Assembly: GCF_032444005.1 (NCBI RefSeq)
Contig: NC_091290.1
Span: 135,966,001-136,030,000 of the forward strand
Source: Ranitomeya imitator
Taxonomy: Eukaryota
Reading direction: 5' to 3'
DNA length: 64,000 bases
Below, in pieces: positions 1 to 13,178 of the stretch; the stretch's first letter is position 1; each line of letters starts with the position of its first letter. The notes beneath the pieces were generated by a model. It was not told the origin of the DNA, ran no database searches, and saw only the letters and a list, made by a program, of their open reading frames with translations. A program made the position numbers and the translations under genes.

Positions 1-99
1 ATGTAAACAGGCTACCTGGATGCAACAGCGCAGACAATGAGGAGACAGTGGTACTTAACCAACACTATATTTGAGTAACACAGAAAGAAAATCTGTACC

Positions 100-2290
100 C
101 GCCATAGTCTGTGTATGCTCCTCTGATCGTAACACTGGCCTTAGAATTTAATACAAGGCAATAATTATGGTGTTACATAGAGAGGGAAAGGACAAGTAAT
201 TACCGGACTTATAGAGACCCATATCTCTGTTGACTAGAGATGTTAAGATTCTGGCCAAAACCCTTGCAACACGTCTGAGTATGGTAATTACCCTTACTCT
301 AATCAGGCTGGCTTCATGCCTTCAAAATCAACAGCCATTAATATATATAGGTTATTCCTAAATCTACAAGTGGCTCAGGCTGATCCGAGTAATAAAGCGA
401 TTCTCTCCCTGGATGTTACTAAGGCCCTTGATAGTGCAGAGTGGTTATATATCTGTATTGTACTAAAAAAAAAACGGGGCTTGGTCCTAATTTTATTAGA
501 TTGTTATTGTATTATGCCCCGATGGCTAGAGTAAGGGCCAATGGGGCTATATCTGACAGTCTTGACTTATATAGGGGTACCAGGTAGTGCTGCCTGCTGT
601 CCCCACTGCTCTTTGCTCTTGCAATAGAGCCGTTAGCCTGCATTATTAGACGGCACCCATCGATAGAGGGCTTTAAATAAGGAGGAAAAGCTTACATAAT
701 ATGCTGGTAACCTGTTATTATTCATTAATAACTCTAATATTTCCCTTCCAATTTTAATGGACACAATTGAGAAATTTCTCAGGCTTAACGACCAACTGGT
801 CAAAGTCAGCTCTAATTCCCTTGGACAACGGAGATGCTTTAGTTCTGGATGTTTTTTCAACTATTAAAGTGGCTCACAAACGAAAATTCTTTCGTATTTA
901 TATTACTAGGAAGATTAATTTATACTCTTAAACTTGAGTCCTTTGGTGACTAAAATGAGAAATAAAGTCTGTGCTTGGGAGAAACCCATATCTGCTTTGG
1001 GTAGAATTGAAATGTGCCCCATGCCTTGCATTGTTTATGTTCTTCATAACTCAAGTCTGACATGGTTTAGTGAATCACGAATTGAGCAGGGGGCTGGACA
1101 TTATGACCCTTGAGGTGCCATCCAACTCTAACATTCTATGATTCCTAAATATTAGTTCCGGAAAATGCAAAATTTCTTTATAGAGACCTGATTTTGAAAA
1201 GGAGTATTCATAGCATAAAACTGGAAAAGCTACAGCTACGGTACTTAAAAATCAGGAATTCCTGCCTCATATTTGGGGACAATTTTTAGCCTCTCAATTC
1301 AAGCATTGGAGGTGACTCAGGAGGCGGGGGCACAAGTGTTCCAACACTTGAGGGATGGGGATAATCTGCTAGAACTTCTAAAATCTCACAAACTTAAAGC
1401 CCATTCAAGATCTTACCCTACATTGTTTCTAATACATAAAACATGGTGGACCTGCAAGACGTCCATGGGTAAGCGGGACAGCTCTAAGTACACTTCTATT
1501 TGGAACAATCCTTGTTTATAGGAACTACAGAATCATAAAGGATTAGGGGAAGTGGAAAAGGCAGGGACCGAAATATGTCTATCAGCTGTATCTCAAAGGA
1601 CTTTTTGCTCATTTGAAGCAAGAGCTTAATCTACGAAATTTATTATTTCTTAAGGATCTACAATTGAGAGCTCAGAAGGCTGTCTCTGATCTTACTATCT
1701 CCTATAATGGATTACTGGCTAAAGCGACTAAGGGCATATTTCTTTAGTGTATAATTTTTTATTAAAAGTTCTAGGTGACCCTATGGCTAAGGTCCAGGCA
1801 AGTTGGGAGAGAAATTTGGGACTTATTTCCACAGAAGAGGGGGATGATATTCTGTAATTGGCAGGGAAAGTCTTGATCAATACAGCTCAGAGAAGGTCTC
1901 AATTGTTTCTCCAAAAGCACTACATAGATTGGTCTCAGAACTCACGATTGCTGTCCATGCTGCAGAGAGGTGGGAGCGGAGCTAATCCATATGTTCTGGT
2001 CATATCCTCAGCTAATTTGTGGGAAAGTGTTGAGAGGTCCAAGCCCCATAAAGTCCTAAATCTTGTGTTGTGGGCCAGGTGGGAGAGGGTGCTGGTTCTT
2101 CACTAGTGCAGCTGGCTACTTCCAAAATATACTATCAAACCAGGAAATCTATTGCCCAACACTGGCTAACAAGAGTCCCCTCCTTCATTAAAAATGAAGG
2201 ATGAAATAATTCAGTGTTTAAATAACACAATTCTGATGGAAAAGGTTTATATAAAAAGGGGAGCAATTGATAAATTTGGATAACAATGGG
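100..2290 (+). mobile_element. Old, degraded L1-clade LINE ORF2 (RT to C-terminus) with many stops and frameshifts
   Basis: Fragments of L1 RT motifs: agacccatatctctgttg...gttaagattctggccaaa (RPISLL..D.KILAK), QAGFMPSKSTAINI, LSLDVTKALDS (ORF 316..534) and the RGTRQ.C.LSPLLFALAIEPLA region near 570-640. The C-terminus resembling KFG..W is near 2270-2290. Boundaries approximate. Confidence 0.8.
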
Positions 2291-2356
2291 AGCTTAAATC
2301 AGATGCCCAGCAATGGTATCTGATGTTTTGGCAACCGATGTGATTTTTAATTTATT

Positions 2357-4705
2357 TTTTTTTTTTAGATTCGTTTATTAACAACAAAATAGTAATGTTA
2401 CAAACATTTTGCATCCAGGATTGTCATACATAAACTGTAACATATGCAAATTGCATATTATTAAGTTCGGAATAAAGTACAGTTATCATCCATAACCAAC
2501 ATTGTACTGTGATTATTAAAACTGTTGGATCATTGGTAACACATGAAATTTTTACAAATATACTATATCTACGCTAACTGCTAACTACTAACTTGTAACT
2601 TGCCGCCGCACTCTATGTTAGTCTTCCCTCAATACCCCTATTATACAACAATTCTATAGAGTAAGATGGGAAGAATTCCACCTACCCCAAATTTTTTTGA
2701 ATTTGCCTGGACATCCCCTGTTCTGATACAGCGTGCGCTCATATGGGATGATTGAGTTGACCAGTTCGATCCAAGCTCCCCTAGTCGGGTTTGTACCACC
2801 CATCCACCTCAAAGCCAATACCTTTCTTGCCATAAAGAGCGCCTCACGTAAAAAAATATCACTGTAGTGATCCCAAATCTCCTCCTCCCATACTCCAAAT
2901 ATACATACTAACGGGTCGAGGGGAACCGGGATGGACAACAGTGATGTGAGTAGTGAAGTCACCTCCCTCCAGTATTGAGAAACAACAGGACAGCACCATA
3001 TCATGTGAATGAAGTCTGCATCTAAGGAGTGGCAACGCGTACATTCTGATGTTTGAAATCGACCCATTCTAAAAAGCCGTATCTGAGTTAAATATGATTG
3101 ATGTATTATGTATAGTTGAGTCATTCTGTTGTTAACTGATGGAGATACTTTGGTTGGGGATTCAAGAATATCCTCCCATTCCTCCCCCTGCATATTAGAA
3201 AGAAGTCCCTCCCACTTCCCCTTAATAGAATTAACAGTAGATGCGTCTCCCGAAGATAACATGTAAGTATATAGGGAGGAGATAAGACCCTGGGGTCCCT
3301 GTGACTTGAGAATTCCTATCAAGGGCAAAGAGGATATAGTGCGACCTGTACCTGTCTGTCTCATATGTGATTGTACGGCTGATCTCAACTGTAAATATCG
3401 AAAGAACTGGGATCTTGGTATATCATGTTTGATCTGCAACTGTTCAAAAGACATAAAGGACCCCTCATCATACAAATCACCTATTGAGGAGACCCCATGC
3501 CCGAGCCAAAAGTCAGTAGATGGGTGATTCAGCAAAGTTGGGAAATAGCTATTTCTCCATAGAGGCATCTCCGCCACGACATCCATGAATCTTACAATTT
3601 TTTTAATTTGCCTCCAAACCGATCTCGCTAGGCGAAGTAGAGGAAGCATTCGAGGGATATTAACTTTTTCCAGTTCTAAAAAAGCCAGCGGGCAGTTTGT
3701 TTGAGCTACATGGAGAAGATGACTTTCTGAATTCGGAAGGTAATTATCGGGCATCCACCTATTCAGAGCCTTAATTTGACCAGCTAGGTAATATAAATAA
3801 AAATCTAGCAACGCCGCCCCACCCCCCGACCTTGGTCTTTGTAGCGTAGATAATTTAAGTTTGGGCCTAGATTTCCCCCATATGAAAGATGTAATTTGAG
3901 AGTTCAAATTTGTAAAAAAGGATTTAGGAATTAACACAGCACTGTGTTGAAGACAGTAATTGAACTTAGGGAGTACTATCATCTTGATTAGATTAATACG
4001 GCCGGCTACAGACAACGGTAGTTTGCTCCAGGTTGTGAATTTAAGTTTAATTAGTTCTAACAGCGGGAGTATATTAAGTTGTAAATCAAATCTGCTGTTC
4101 TGAGAGATGTATATGCCCAAGTATTTGAAGCTGGGTACAATAGGGAGAGGGGAGAGAGCCCCAAGACCAAGTGACGGGACATGAGAAAGGGGCATCAATG
4201 CTGATTTATCCCAGTTTATATACAAGCCTGAGTGTCTACTAAATATATCTATAGTGTCTATCACCCGTGGTAGCGTTACCTCCACCTCATCCATAAATAT
4301 CACCATATCGTCAGCGTACAGACCAACCTTGTCTACTCGATCAGCTATATTTATACCTTTGATCTCGATAGAGGATCTTATGCGTATCGCCAAGGCCTCA
4401 ATCGCAAGGGCGAAAAGGGCCGGGGAGAGAGGGCACCCCTGTCGGGTCCCTCTAGATAGTGCGAAAGACTTAGAGATGGAGCCATTAACAACTATACGAG
4501 CCCTAGGTTTCATATACAATAGGCCCACCCACTTTAAAAAATTATCTCCGAAGCCATATTTTTTCAAGCATGCCAGAAGGAAGGGCCACTCAAGAGAGTC
4601 AAAGGCCTTGGCTGCATCCAGTGACGCCAAAGCCCAGGTGTTATCTGGTACCAATGAGCTGTACTGTACCACTGACTGGACCCGTCTGATATTAATAGAG
4701 GTATT
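2357..4705 (-). mobile_element. Young 5'-truncated L1-clade LINE with poly(A) tail and 16-bp TSD
   Basis: TSD tgatttttaatttatt at 2341-2356 and 4706-4721. T-run (poly-A on the minus strand) at about 2357-2366 with AATAAA (tttatt at 2374) just inside. The ORF2 frame is open from the truncation point to the stop at 2654. Confidence 0.92.
2654..4672 (-). CDS. L1 ORF2 C-terminal portion: reverse transcriptase plus cysteine-rich domain (672 aa, N-terminally truncated, no endonuclease)
   Basis: SLDAAKAFDSLEW, RGTRQGCPLSPALF, LYADD, FKYLGI and C-terminal CTRC...HMIWCCP motifs. Confidence 0.93.
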   Translation of the reverse strand: MVQYSSLVPDNTWALASLDAAKAFDSLEWPFLLACLKKYGFGDNFLKWVGLLYMKPRARIVVNGSISKSFALSRGTRQGCPLSPALFALAIEALAIRIRSSIEIKGINIADRVDKVGLYADDMVIFMDEVEVTLPRVIDTIDIFSRHSGLYINWDKSALMPLSHVPSLGLGALSPLPIVPSFKYLGIYISQNSRFDLQLNILPLLELIKLKFTTWSKLPLSVAGRINLIKMIVLPKFNYCLQHSAVLIPKSFFTNLNSQITSFIWGKSRPKLKLSTLQRPRSGGGAALLDFYLYYLAGQIKALNRWMPDNYLPNSESHLLHVAQTNCPLAFLELEKVNIPRMLPLLRLARSVWRQIKKIVRFMDVVAEMPLWRNSYFPTLLNHPSTDFWLGHGVSSIGDLYDEGSFMSFEQLQIKHDIPRSQFFRYLQLRSAVQSHMRQTGTGRTISSLPLIGILKSQGPQGLISSLYTYMLSSGDASTVNSIKGKWEGLLSNMQGEEWEDILESPTKVSPSVNNRMTQLYIIHQSYLTQIRLFRMGRFQTSECTRCHSLDADFIHMIWCCPVVSQYWREVTSLLTSLLSIPVPLDPLVCIFGVWEEEIWDHYSDIFLREALFMARKVLALRWMGGTNPTRGAWIELVNSIIPYERTLYQNRGCPGKFKKIWGRWNSSHLTL

Positions 4706-5159
4706 TGATTTTTAATTTATTAGTACTTTGATAAACCTGAAACACTTTTTTGCCGGAGATAAGATGTGGATAGTATTGGTCTTTATCGTACCAGCTCCTA
4801 GTTAATTGGCATTGAGTTGTGCCCACACAAAAAAGGACAGGGGGGTGTTCAGTGAAGAAGAGGATTGAGGTTTACATTTCTATGAGATCAATGAATTTTG
4901 GTGTGCAACTCATTCGTATGTACTGCATAATATCGTATTATTACCAACTGTTCTGCTGTTAATTTTGACAATTGTTTGAATACAAGGTACTTGGTTAAAA
5001 AATATATATATATTTTTCCCAATTTTGGAATTTTCTTGCTCATAAATGGTAATACGGACAAGGATCTGAATGGAGCATGTGGACAGAGGTTGAACTTGTC
5101 TTAACACCTCTTTAAAAGTGATGGATATGTCAATTAACTCTAATACTACAACCTACCTT

Positions 5160-5460
5160 ATATTGTGTTGGTCCCCTTGTAAATAGCTCTGACCCGTTGA
5201 GGGTCAGACTTCACAATATCTCTGAACATGCCCTGTGGTATGTGGCACCAAGACGTTGGCAGGAAATCCAAATATGTCTTGTAAGTTGCTCGATGTGGCC
5301 TCCATGGATCGGACTTGTTTTCCAAGAACATTCCACAGATGAACATTAAAATTGAGATTTGAAGAATTTAGAGACAAGTCATCACCTTGATCTTTTTGTT
5401 GTGTTCCTCCAACCATTCCTGAACAGTTTTTGCAGTGTGGTGGGAGATTCATTCTGCAGA
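5160..5460 (-). mobile_element. Tc1-like transposase C-terminal remnant
   Basis: Minus-strand frames give NLNFNVHLWNVLGKQVRSMEA..NLQD and SWCHIPQGMFRDIVKSDPQRVRAI, resembling the Tc1 [11 protein letters not shown]...MPRRV..V C-terminus. Confidence 0.65.
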
Positions 5461-5687
5461 ACTGTAATTAGGGAATCCCACTGCTATTAAGGGGGTACTT
5501 GATCTGCACAATGTTAGGTAGGTGGTACGTGTCACATCCACATGATGTCAGGACACAAGGTTCCCAGCGGAATCTAGCCCTCATCACTCTTGCCCCCTTC
5601 AGCTTGTCTTCTTCCCAGAGTGTCCAGGTGTCATCTCTACCCCTGGTGAGTGACTCCACCTGGTTGTCCACCTGATGATTAAATATA

Positions 5688-7247
5688 CACTGCTCAAAAA
5701 AAATAGGGAACACATAAACAACAGAATCTAACTCCAAGTAAATCAAACTTCTGTGAAATCAAACTGTCCACTTAGGAAGCAACACTGATTGACAATGAAT
5801 TTCACATGCTGTTGTGCAAATGGAATAGACAACAGATGGAAATTATTGGCAATTATCAAGACACAATAAAGGAGTGGTTCTGCAGGTGGGGAACACAGAC
5901 CACATCTCAGTGCCAATGCTTACTGGCTGATGTTTTGGTCACTTTTGGATGTTGAATGTGCTTTCACACTCGTAGTAGAATGAGACGGACTCTACAACCC
6001 ACACAAGTGGCTCAGGTAGTGTAGCTCATCCAAGATGGCACATCAATGTGAGCTGGCAAGGTTTGCTTTGTCTGTCAGCGTAGTGTCCAGAGGCTGGTGG
6101 CGCTATCAGGAGACAGGCCAGTACACCAGGAGACAAGGAGGGGGCCGTAGGAGGGCAACAACCCAGCAGAAGGACCGCTACCTCAGCCTTTGTGCAAGGA
6201 GGACCAGGAGGAGCACTGCAAGAGCCCTGCAAAATGACCTCCACCAGGCCACAAATGTGCATGTCTGCAAAAACTGTTAGAAACTGACTCCATGAGGATG
6301 ATCTGAGTGCCCGACATCTACAGATCGGGGTTGTACTCACAGCCCAACACAGTGCAGGATGCTTGGCATTTGCCACAGAACACCAGGATTGGCAAATTCG
6401 CCACTGGCGCCCTGTTCTCTTCACAGATGAAAGCAGGTTCACACTGAGCACATATGACAGACGTGACAGTCTGTAGACACCGTGGAGAGCGATCTGCTGC
6501 CTGCAACATCCTTCAGCATGACCGCTTTGGCAGTGGGTCAGTAATGGTGTGGGGTGGCATTTCTTTGGAGGGCCGCACAGCCCTCCATGTGCTCGCCAGA
6601 GGTAGCCTGACTGCCATTAGGTACCGAGATGAGATCCTCAGACCCCTTGTGAGACCATATGCTGGTGCGGTTGGTCCAGGGTTCCTCCTAATGTAGGACA
6701 ATGCCAGACCTCATGTGGCTGGAGTGTGTCAGCAGCATGTGCAAGATGAAGGCATTGAAGCTATGGACTGGCCCGCCCATTCCCCAGACCTGAGTCCGAT
6801 TGAACACATCCGGGACATCATGTCTCGCACCATCCACCAACGTCACGTTGCACCACAGACTGTCCAGGAGTTGGCGGATGCTTTAGTCCAGGTCTGGGAG
6901 ATCCCTCAGGAGCCCATCCACCACCTCATCAGGAGTATGCCCAGGCGTTATAGGGAGATCATACAGGCATATGGAGGCCACACACCCTACTGAGCATCAT
7001 TTCCTTTACTTGAGGCATTTCCACTGACGTTGGATCAGCTTGTAACTTCATTTTCCACTTTGATTTTGAGTATCATTCCAACTCCAGACCTCCGTGGGAT
7101 ATTAGTTGTGATTTACATTGATTTTTTGGTTTTATTGTTCTCAACATATTCCACTATGTAATGAATAAAGATTTACAACTGGAGAATTTCATTCGGGGAT
7201 ATCTAAGATGTGGGATTTTAGTGTTCCCTTTAATTTTTTGAGCAGTG
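5688..7247 (+). mobile_element. Full-length Tc1 (DD34E) DNA transposon with decayed transposase
   Basis: TIRs cactgctcaaaaaaaatagggaacac / gtgttccctttaattttttgagcagtg, flanked by TA on both sides. Transposase ATG at 5980, stop at 6993. Motifs LFTDESRF, VMVWGGIS, DNARPH and SPDLSPIE with 34 residues between D and E. Internal stops and frameshifts. Confidence 0.95.
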
Positions 7248-9074
7248 TATATAATTAATCAGACCAAATGAACTTCTTCCATTGCTCCCAGGTCCAGTTC
7301 TGGTGCTCATTTTTATAGAAACTATTGGTGGGGTCAACATGGGCACTGTGAATGGTCAATGGCTACACAGTCTCGTGGACAACAAGCAGTATGATCTGGC
7401 ACCTTTCTATGATAGCCAGCATTTCATTTTCTAGAAATTTTTGCAACAGTAGTTCTTTCATGGGATCAGAGCAGCTCAGCTGTCTTTCGTTCCCCACTTG
7501 AGTCAAGGGACTTTCGACCTGGTTGCTGGTTCTCCTTCCTAGGGTCAATTTTCCTGACATTTACACAAAACATTTGTACAAATGCAACAGGTTTTAGCAT
7601 CAAATACGTACAAAGAATTGCTGAATGTTGTATCTTTTAATTTATAAAAGGCTGCGTAGATAATTATGTGTCTTCTTTTAACAAAACGGGAGAAGGATGA
7701 GTAATTTATAAGTTTGAGATCAGCCATGGATCACTTTTGGTGGGTACTAATCACTGAATACTGGGAACACTCCCAAAGATCTGCTAGTCACAAAATTATC
7801 ACAATATGGCCCTTGCCAAGATTGCTCAGATCCTCAGGGAACATTTCTAGTGCACGATTATCATGAACGGCCATTTCTAGTAGTGCTAGTATTGTGATAA
7901 TCAGTGTGTTTATACAGGCTGATAAGCAACCATCTAATGAGTAAAACACTTTATCACTGGGTAAAACGATCTTTTGTACTGTGTAGCCAGGACCTCTGCT
8001 GCCAAAACAATGACAGTCTCTCCGCAATGATCTATTACTGACACACACTTTTGTGCCCCCCCCCCCCCCCCCCCCCACGAAAGAGCGAATATCAAACTTC
8101 TCTAGTGATGGCTTATCACCCACAAAACAGAAGTGGCAGTACAAAATCGGACATGCAAGATCTTTTGCTTCAACAACATCATTTGTCGGGAGATTTAGGA
8201 AATCCCATATGCCCTAAATCCAGTCTCGAAAATTGACAGGCTCAGCCAACTTTTACATAACACATATATGGGGGTCTTAATGTACGCCAAACATTTTGCA
8301 AGAAAATATTTGTAGAGTATGTTCTTCTGACGGAAAGTTCTCTCCTATTGTTCTCGGCGCTTATCTAATATCACAGATCACTGAACTCCCATTGTTTTAG
8401 CAGATGGGGCTGTGGTCCGGAGGTGTTTTATAGGGGCAATGGATATATAAATTTGTCATATTAACAATTAGAAAACAGTCAATTAAGGAGGCCATACACG
8501 TTACGTAGCTGTACAAAAATGCTCAATAAGGCGCGGAAGGTTTTCATTTGGAAACAAAGGTTGAAATCCAACACCCTTCTTTTCTTCAACATCTGCTATT
8601 GCATTGCAATACATTAGATGGTTGACCAGTCGGAGTGAAATTCGCAGGCTTGACTAGCTATTACCTCTTTATCTCTAGTGATTAGGGAGGTCTTGAGTTT
8701 AAAGGATATGGACACCTACTGGACCACTTTATTTTTATTTAAATACATGTTTATTTGGCGACATCATTTTTTCAATTGAGTTTCATTAAAAATGTAGCAC
8801 TGCTTAGCATTAAAGAGAATAACTAAGAATTGGTTACCGAGTTAGTTCTGACGGGAAGTTTGTAACTCTTTTATCTGTCTTTTTCAGAGCTTCTCTCTCA
8901 GGCTTTATGACTATAACAAAGATCAGCTCAACTTTAATTTGGTCTTTGGTCATAAAGAAACACGAGAGTTTAGAAAAGGGCAGATGGGACAAAGAGATAG
9001 TGTCTACTTGTGGAGAGGCCAAGCTGGATTGGGGAGGGTCAAAGATCGCATCCAGAAGGGTCAAACTGAACTCA

Positions 9075-9740
9075 TCATGTTGTGGAATTTTGGCCTACTA
9101 AACTTTGCAGAATTGTTGTAGTTCAGCCACATTGGGGGTTTCTGAGCATGAACCACCTTTTTAAGGTTATGCCACAGCATCTCAATTGGATTAAGGTCAG
9201 GATTTGACTAGGTCAGTCCAAAGTCTTAATTTTCTTTTTCTTAAGCCATTCAGAGGTGGACTTGCTGGTGTGCTTTGGGTCACTGTCCTGCTGTGTAACC
9301 TAAGTGCGCTTCAGCTTGAGGTAACGAACAGATGACAGAAACATTCTCCTTCAGGATTTTTTTGGTAGGTAGCAGAATTCATAGTTCAATTTAACACAAC
9401 CAGTCTTCCAGGTCATAAAGCAGCAAAATAGCCCCAGACAATCAAATTACCTTCACCATATTTTACTGTTAGGATGATGCTTCTTTTCTGAAATGCAGTG
9501 TTAGTTCTACACCAGATGTAATGGGACATACACCATCGAAAAATTTCAACTTTTGTCTCATTGGTCCACAGAGTATTTTCCCAAAAGTCTTGGGGATCAT
9601 GAAGATGTTTTCTGGCGAAACTGAGATGAGCCGTTATGCTTATTGCTCAGCAGTGGTTTTTGTCTTGGAACTCTGCTATGTAGGCCACTTTTGCCCAGTC
9701 TCTTTCTTATAGCTGAGTCATTAACACTGACCTTAACTGG
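9075..9740 (-). mobile_element. Tc1-like transposase fragment
   Basis: The reverse complement of gccacagcatctcaattggattaaggtcagg encodes PDLNPIEMLW. The upstream region also resembles the Tc1 catalytic domain. No TIRs found. Confidence 0.7.
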
Positions 9741-10774
9741 GGTTAGGGTTAACTGGGGGTTACATACAGGGTTATAGATATCGTTTACAGTAAACAGGTT
9801 TACAGTGACGGACTGGTACAGAGGGGAGAGGACCCTATATTTTTTATTTAAAAATAAAGTTGTGAAAAATCTATACTGCAGGTATGACTTTCATTGGGCT
9901 GAGTCCCCTATATGACCATGTAGGTGCTTTAATTTGAGAGTTAGGGATAGCAGACTCCCTTTAAAAGCAGGGGCATTGCATGTTTAGTACCTTTATAAAA
10001 GGGAAAATTTAAATACTCGTTCTTTGGGATTGATATGGAACCATTATGCAGTGAATATTAGTTGGCTTTTCTTTATCTATATATTATATTTAGGTAAATT
10101 AATTATGGTTTTAGCTGCATGTATGAAATGAATGCGTCTGACCTGTATGAAAAATTCTAATTTTTTTTACACTTATTACAACAAAACGAAATGAAGCATC
10201 ATAAGTAAATATGTACCAGATGCTAGGTAGGACAGTCAACAATAATTCTACCATGCAAATACAATGTGCTAAGGTTGGGTGCCATAAAATGCTGAAAAAA
10301 GCTTGAAAAGGACGCAGAAGCGTCATTCTCCACCTGTGTGGAAGCTCATTTGACAATACAATAAGGTAAGACAAGCTGTCTCCATACCTGGGTGCAGAAA
10401 GCTGTAGGGACCAAAACTGGACCACACTCGGATGTCATTTGAGTGTGATCCGATTTTTTCGCGGACCCATAGATTTGTATTGTCAACTCTAATCTGACAA
10501 TAGGATCAAAACCTGACATGTCTCCAATATATTTTCCAAAAATGTATGAGTTCTATCCATGAAAACCACGGATAGCATTCGTATACGAAAATTGTATGTC
10601 TGAATGAGCCTTAAGGAGGAGACAATGGAGATGGAGACCCGAGTATACAAAGTGTCCATGTACGGTCAGTATAAACATCTTCTGACTAGAAGTGTAAGAA
10701 ATTATAAGACCATGGATATATTTAGGCCATGAATTATCCTTTAATGATTTGGGTATATTTATTTTCAACATTAA

Positions 10775-12550
10775 CCCCTTCCGACCAGGCGATTTTCTTT
10801 TTTTTTTTTTTTTTGTGCTTTCATTTTTTTTCTTCCTCTCCTTCTAGGAGCCATATTTGTTTTTATTTTTTTTATTTTTTTTCAGTGAACACTGTCATCT
10901 GAGGACACCTTTATGAGATTTTTAGGTTGTAATTTTGAATGGCACCATTCCTTTTACCGCATAATGTATTGTAAGGCAAGAAATAAAATTACAACTGCAG
11001 TGAAATTGTGAGAAAAAAAATGCAAGTTCGCCACTGTTTTTTTCTTTTCTTTTTCTATTTTGGAGGGGGTTATTTTTACAACATTCATTGTGCAGTAAAA
11101 ATCACCTGGAAACCAGAGTGTCCAGGTCAGTATCATTATGACTATGCCAAACATGTATAGTTTTTTAAAATTATTATTTAACCCCTTAGTGACCGAGCCA
11201 AATTTTTGAAATCTGACCAGTGTCACTTTATGTGGTAATAACTCTGCAACACTTCAACAAATCCCAGTGATTTTGAGATTGTTTTTTCGTGACACATTAT
11301 ACTTTATGATAATGGTAAATTTTGTTCAACATTTTTTGTGTTTATTTATAAAAAATATCAAAAATTTTAGAAAAATGTTAAAAAATTAGCAATTTTCTAA
11401 ATTTGAATGATTATCCCTTTAATCCAGATAGTCATACAACAGCAAACCATTAATAAAAAACATTTCACACATGTCTGCTTTACATCAGCACCATTTGTAA
11501 AATGTTATTTTATTTTGTTAGCATTTTAGGAGGTTTAAAAATGTAGCAACAATTTTTCATTTTTTCAAAGAAATTTACAAAATTTATTTTTTTAGGGACT
11601 TATCCATGTTTGAAGTGACTTTAGGGGTCCCATATATTGGGAAACCCACAAACGTGATACCATTTTAAAAACAGCACCCCTAAACATATTGAAAACTGCT
11701 GTCAGGTAGTTTATTAACCCTTCAGGTGCTTTACAGGAATTAATGCAAAGTGGTATGACAGAAATGAAAATGTGTATTTTTACCACCTAAATGTTGCTAA
11801 CTTCTAAACAGATTACTACAGCCGTCAGACTCTAAGGCCGCTATTTGGTCATGAATTGCCATGGCAAACATCAAGACAACAAAATCATGATCTGAGGGCA
11901 CCAATTGTGACAAAGAAGAAGCCCCCACACACTGTTAACCATTTATAATGATGTAGTCACTATTGACAGCAGCATCTAAGGGGTTAAACAGATTTAGATG
12001 GTGCAAATACTGATCGTGGCTGGTACAGCAAGTTGTCAGCTATAGTGTACAGCCGACAGCTGCTGGATTGTCATCTGTATGGGGATACTATTCTCTTATA
12101 TCTAAGGTCAGTTAAAAGACGTATTGGCGGTCTTTAAGGGGTTAAGTGGTGAAAAAAAAAGAACATTAAAAAAAAAAAAAAAAAGGATTTGTGTTGCCTG
12201 TTTCTGAGACCCATAACTTTTTTTATTTGTCTACAACTGTATTGTAGTATATGGACAAAATGAAGTTCTCTTATAAAACCCAATAATACGCTGGGCTGTA
12301 CAGGAGGCCTCTGACGGCCATGACTACTCATCAGACCCCCGCGGGTTAATGGGATACGCACACACGGGGTATCGCACTATTTAAATCCCGCTATCAGTGA
12401 TTGACAGCAGCATGTGAATTGATAGACAGCAGCGATCAGAACAAATTCTGGATGATGCTATAGAAAGATGTTGCCTGTCTATCACTGCCGGCATATGCTG
12501 GGTATGACACGTGCTCAGTTCCTGAGCCCGCGCTAACATCTCATGTACAG
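10775..12550. mobile_element. Non-autonomous TTAA-targeting (piggyBac-like) element containing a nested related element
   Basis: Starts TTAA|ccccttccgacc at 10771-10775. Right end uncertain (about 12550). AT-rich and non-coding. Confidence 0.5.
11182..12141. mobile_element. piggyBac-like non-autonomous element with TTAA TSD
   Basis: TTAA (11178-81) + ccccttagtgaccg ... cggtctttaagggg + TTAA (12142-45). Imperfect 14-bp TIR. Confidence 0.8.
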
Positions 12551-13178
12551 GTTAACTTTACCCCTAGAAAATAAAAGAAAATGAAATAATAGCCTGCACC
12601 AGGTGACACTAGACCACCAGGGACATTAGTATTAATCCACATCACTACTCTAAACCACCAGGTTTTTTATTATTATCATTAAAGGGTTTGTGTAGAAAAT
12701 AAATTAGCTTTTAAACCACTTAGAAGTGTATAAAATAACACAAGAAGTCATACTCAAATTACTGATCCCCCGCTGTTCTGATTCCGATTCTTGACGGATC
12801 CTCGCTCTATGGATAGGGGATAACTTCTGATTTTTGGAGTAATCTGTTAATTTCCTGCTGATCACTTCCAAGCTGAAGTCCATCCCTTTTCCAAATGGCC
12901 TTACCTATCTTTTGTTCTACTGCATATAAAGCAGAGGGGAAGAGGCTCCTGCTGCAGCAAATTGCCTTATACACATGCACGGGAAAATACCGGATTACTC
13001 ACCGGTAATGCTCTTTTATAGAGCCCACGACAGCACCCACTAGAGAGAGAGGGGATCCGCCCCTAGGAACAGGAAACCTACAGAGAGATAAAAGGGGCGG
13101 CCCCCCCTCGCTCCTCAGTTGTTTTACAGAGAATAGGAGGAACCGCGGCCAGGTTTTAGTTAACAGGTATATCCATAT

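Noticed and set aside
4254-4715. 153-aa + strand ORF, and similar + strand ORFs at 14650, 15459 and 16762
   Set aside because: Antisense shadows of the L1 and DIRS coding frames, with no independent motifs.
7400-8250. Possible retroviral/Gypsy integrase C-terminus (SWQGPY on the minus strand)
   Set aside because: Only one short motif amid stops. Cannot be supported without an HMM search.
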